Shown here: in pieces, positions 59,801 to 64,000 of the stretch
Numbering within the stretch: position 1 is the first letter of the stretch
Layout of the letters: each line of letters begins with the position of its first letter
Source: Eledone cirrhosa
Lineage: Eukaryota
Direction: 5' to 3'
Length of the DNA stretch: 64,000 nt
NCBI GenBank assembly: GCA_964016885.1
Contig: OZ024741.1
Span: 374,604,001-374,668,000, forward strand
Translations under genes and position numbers: made by a program
The notes under the pieces: generated by a model
Databases searched by the model: none
Seen by the model: the letters and a program-made list of their open reading frames with translations, nothing else
What the model was told of the DNA's origin: nothing

Positions 59801-62800
59801 AGTATGTAGTACCTAGTATGTAGTACCTAGTATGTAGTACCTTGTATGTAGTACCTAGTATGTAGTACCTAGTATGTAGTACCTATTATGTAGTACCTAG
59901 TATGTAGTACCTAGTATGCAGTACTTTGTATGTAGTACCTTGTATGTAGTACCTAGTATGTAGTACCTAGTATGTAGTACCTTGTATGTAGTACCTAGTA
60001 TGTAGTACCTAGTATGTTGTACCTAGTATGTAGTACCTAGTATGTAGTACCTAGTATGCAGTACCTAGTATGCAGTACCTTGTATGTAGTACCTAGTATG
60101 TAGTACCAAGTATGTAGTACCTAGTATGTAGTATCTAGTATGTATTACCTAATATGTAGTACCTAGTATGTAGTACCTAGTATGTAGTACCTAGTATGTA
60201 GTACCTAGTATGTAGTACCTAGTATGTAGTACCTAGTATGTAGTACCTAGTATGGAGTACCTAGTATGTAGTATTTTGTATGTAGTATGTAGAATGTAGT
60301 ACCTAGTATGTAGTACCTAGTATGTAGACCGTAGTTTGTAGTACCTAGTATGTAGTACCTAGTATGTAGTACCTAGTATGCAGTACCTTGTATGTAGTAC
60401 CTAGTATGTAGTACCTAGTATGTAGTACCTAGTATGTAGTACCTTGTATGTAGTACCTAGTATGTAGTACCTAGTATGTAGTGCCTAGTATGTAGTACCT
60501 TGTATGTAGTAGCTAGTATGTAGTACCTTGTATGTAGTATTTAGTATGAAGTACCTAGTATGTAGTGCCTAGTATGTAGTACCTTGTATGTAGTATCTAG
60601 TATGTAGTACCTAGTCTGTAGTACCTTGTATGTAGTATGTAGTACCTAGTATGTAGTACCTAGTGTGTAGTACCTTGTATGTAGTACCTTGTATGTAGTA
60701 CCTAGTATGTAGTATCTAGTATGTAGTACCTAGTATGTAGTACCTAGTATGCAGTACCTTGTATGTAGTGATTGTATATTACCTAGTATGTAGTACCTAG
60801 TATGTAGTACCTTGCATGTAGTACCTAGTATGTAGTACCTAGTATGTAGTACCTAGTATGTAGTATCTAGTATGTAGTACCTAGTATGCAGTACCTTGTA
60901 TGTAGTACCTTGTATGTAGTACCTAGTATGTAGTACCTTGTATGTAGTACCTAGTATGTAGTACCTAGTATGTAGTACCTAGTATGTAGTATCTAGTATG
61001 TAGTACCTAGTATGTAGTACCTAGTATGTAAAACCTAGTAGGTAGTACCTAGTATGTAGTACCTAGTATGTAGTACCTTGTATGTAGTACCTAGTATGTA
61101 GTACCTAGTATGTAGTATCTTGTATGTAGTACCCAGTATGTAGTACCAACTATGTAGTACTTTATATGTAGTATCTAGTATGTAGTACCTAGTATGTAGT
61201 ACCTAGTACGTAGTACCTAGTATGTAGTACCTAGTATGTAATACCTAGTATGTAGTACCTTGTATGTAGTATCTAGTATATATTACCTAGTTTGTAGTAC
61301 CTAGTATGTAGTACCTAGTATATAGTACCTAGTATGTATTGCCTTGTATGTAGTACCTAGTATGTAGTACCTTGTATGTAGTACCTAGTATGTAGTACCT
61401 AGTATGTAGTAACTAGTACGTAGTACGTATTATGTAGTACATAGTATGTAGTACCTAGTATGCAGTACCTTGTATGTAGTACCTAGTATGTAGCACCTAG
61501 TATGTAGTACCTTGTATGTAGTACCTTGTATGTAGTATCTAGTATGTAGTATCTAGTATGTAGTATCTAGTATGTAGTACCTTGTATGTAGTACATAGTA
61601 TGTAGTACCTAGTATGCAGTACCTTGTATGTAGTACCTTGTATGTAATACCTAGTATGTAGTAACTAGTATGTAGTACCTAGTATGTAGTACCTAGTACG
61701 TAGTACCTAGTATGTAGTACCTAGTATGTAATACCTAGTATGTAGTACCTAGTATATAGTACTTAGTATGTAGTACCTTGTATGTAGTATCTAGTATGTA
61801 GTACCTAGGATGTAGTACCTAGTGTGTAGTACCTAGTATGTAGTACCTAGTATGCAGTACCTAGTTTGTAGTAACTTGTATGTAGTTTATAGTATGTAGA
61901 CCCTAGTTTGTAGTAACTAGTATGAAGTACCTAGTATGTAGTACCTAGTATGTAGTACCTAGTATGTAGTACCCAGTATGTAGTACCTACTATGTAGTAA
62001 TTTGTATGTAGTATCTAGTATGTAGTACCTAGTATGTAGTACCTAGTACGTAGTACCTAGTATGTAGTACCTAGTACGTAGTACCTAGTATGTAGTACCG
62101 GGTATGTAGTACCTAGTATATAGTACCTTGTATGTAGTACCTAGTATGTAGTACCTAATATGTAGTATCTAGTATGCAGTAGCTTGTATGTAGTACCTTG
62201 TATGTAGTACCTAGTGTGTAGTACCTAGTATGTAGTACCTTGTATGTAGTACCTAGTATGTAGTACCTAGTATGTAGTACCTAGTATGTAGTACCTAGTA
62301 TGTAGTACATTGTATGTAGTACCTAGTATGTAGTACCTTGTATGTAGTATTAAGTATGAAGTACCTAGTATGTAGTGCCTAGTATGTAGTACCTTGTATG
62401 TAGTATCTAGTATGTAGTACCTAGTATGTAGTACCTTGTATGTAGTATCTAGTATGTAGTACCTAGTATGTAGTACCTAGTTTGTAGTACCTAGTATGTA
62501 GTACCTAGTATGTAGTATCTAGTATGTAGTACCTAGTATGTAGTACCTAGTATGTAGTACCTAGTATGTAGAACCTAGTATGTAGTACCTTCTATGTAGT
62601 ATGTAGTACTTAGTATGTAGTACCTAGTATGTAGTACCTAGTATGTAGTACCTTGTATGTAGTACCTAGTATGTAGTACCTAGTATGTAGTACCTATTAT
62701 GTAGTACCTAGTATGTAGTACCTAGTATGCAGTACTTTGTATGTAGTACCTTGTATGTAGTACCTAGTATGTAGTACCTAGTATGTAGTACCTTGTATGT

Positions 62801-63995
62801 AGTACCTAGTATGTAGTACCTAGTATGTTGTACCTAGTATGTAGTACCTAGTATGCAGTACCTAGTATGCAGTACCTTGTATGTAGTACCTAGTATGTAG
62901 TACCTAGTATGTAGTACCTAGTATGTAGTACCTAGTATGTAGTACCTAATATGTAGTACCTATTATGTAGTACCTAGTATGTAGTACCTAGTATGTAGTA
63001 CCTATTATGTAGTACCTAGTATGTAGTACCTAGTATGGAGTACCTAGTATGTAGTATTTTGTATGTAGTATCTAGAATGTAGTACCTAGTATGTAGTACC
63101 TAGTATGTAGACCGTAGTTTGTAGTACCTAGTATGTAGTACCTAGTATGTAGTACCTAGTATGTAGTACCTAGTATGTAGTACCCAGTATGTATTACCAA
63201 GTATGTAGTACCTTGTATGTAGTATCTAGTATGTAGTACCTACTATGTAGTACCTAGTACGTAGGACCTAGTAAGTAGTACCTAGTACGTAGTACCTAGT
63301 ATGTGGTACCGGGTATGTAGTACCTAGTATATAGTACCTTGTATGTAGTACCTAGTATGTAGTACCTAGTATGTAGTACCTAGTATGTAGTACCTAGTAT
63401 GTAGTACCTAGTATGTAGTACCTTGTATGTAGTACCTAGTATGTAGTACCTTGTATGTAGTATTTAGTATGAAGTACCTAGTATGTAGTGCCTAGTATGT
63501 AGTACCTTGTATCTAGTATCTAGTATGTAGCACCTAGTATGTAGTACCTAGTTTGTAGCACCTAGTATGTAGAACCTAGTATGTAATACCTTGTATGTAG
63601 TATGTAGTACCTAGTATGTAGTACCTAGTATGTCGTACCTAGTATGTAGTACCTTGTATGTAGTACCTAGTATGTAGTACCTAGTATGTAGTACCTAGTA
63701 TGTAGTACCCAGTATGTTGTACCTACTATGCAGTACTTTGTATGTAGTATCTAGTATGTAGTACCTAGTATGTAGTACCCAGTATGTAGTACCTACTATG
63801 CAGTACTTTGTATGTAGTATCTAGTATGTAGTACCTAGTACGTAGTACCTAGTATGTAGTACCTAGTATGTAATACCTAGTATGTAGTACCTAGTATGTA
63901 GTACCTAGTATGTAGTACATAGTATGTAGTACCTAGTATGCAGTACCTTTTATGTTGTACCTAGTATGTAGTAACTAGTATGTAGTACCATGTAT
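56875..63995. repeat. 14-bp satellite (TAGTACCTAGTATG)n, >7 kb
   Basis: Continuous tandem array, common variant TAGTACCTTGTATG; no ORF of 60 aa or more in any frame of the ORF track. Confidence 0.98.
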
Positions 63996-64000
63996 GTCAC

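Overview
AT-rich, repeat-dense animal genomic DNA. The SINE, RTE, CR1, MITE and microsatellite landscape looks octopod/cephalopod, which is an inference. Main content: (1) A complete, intact pyruvate-kinase-family gene with 11 coding exons on the minus strand (CDS 38788->17024, 1608 nt, 535 aa, all introns GT-AG with consistent phases). Many invariant K+, nucleotide and Mg2+ ligand residues are replaced (RLNFSHG->RLVMAYG, DTKGPE->DIAGPE, GSKKGVN->GNRQTCH, ARGDLG->SRGNLG), so it is a candidate pseudo-pyruvate kinase. (2) The terminal exon of a second, differently diverged PK-like paralogue on the plus strand (11265-11500), converging tail-to-tail with the first. (3) Decayed RTE, CR1, CRE-like and Penelope-like retroelements, a young tRNA-SINE family, and a TTAA/piggyBac-type MITE family. 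(4) An internally deleted Ty3/Gypsy element with both LTRs, PBS, PPT and TSD, nested in a small TIR element. (5) Intronic minisatellites and a >7 kb 14-bp satellite with higher-order structure at the right end. Exons were built by hand translation, and comparisons to human PKM are from memory, not from a database search.
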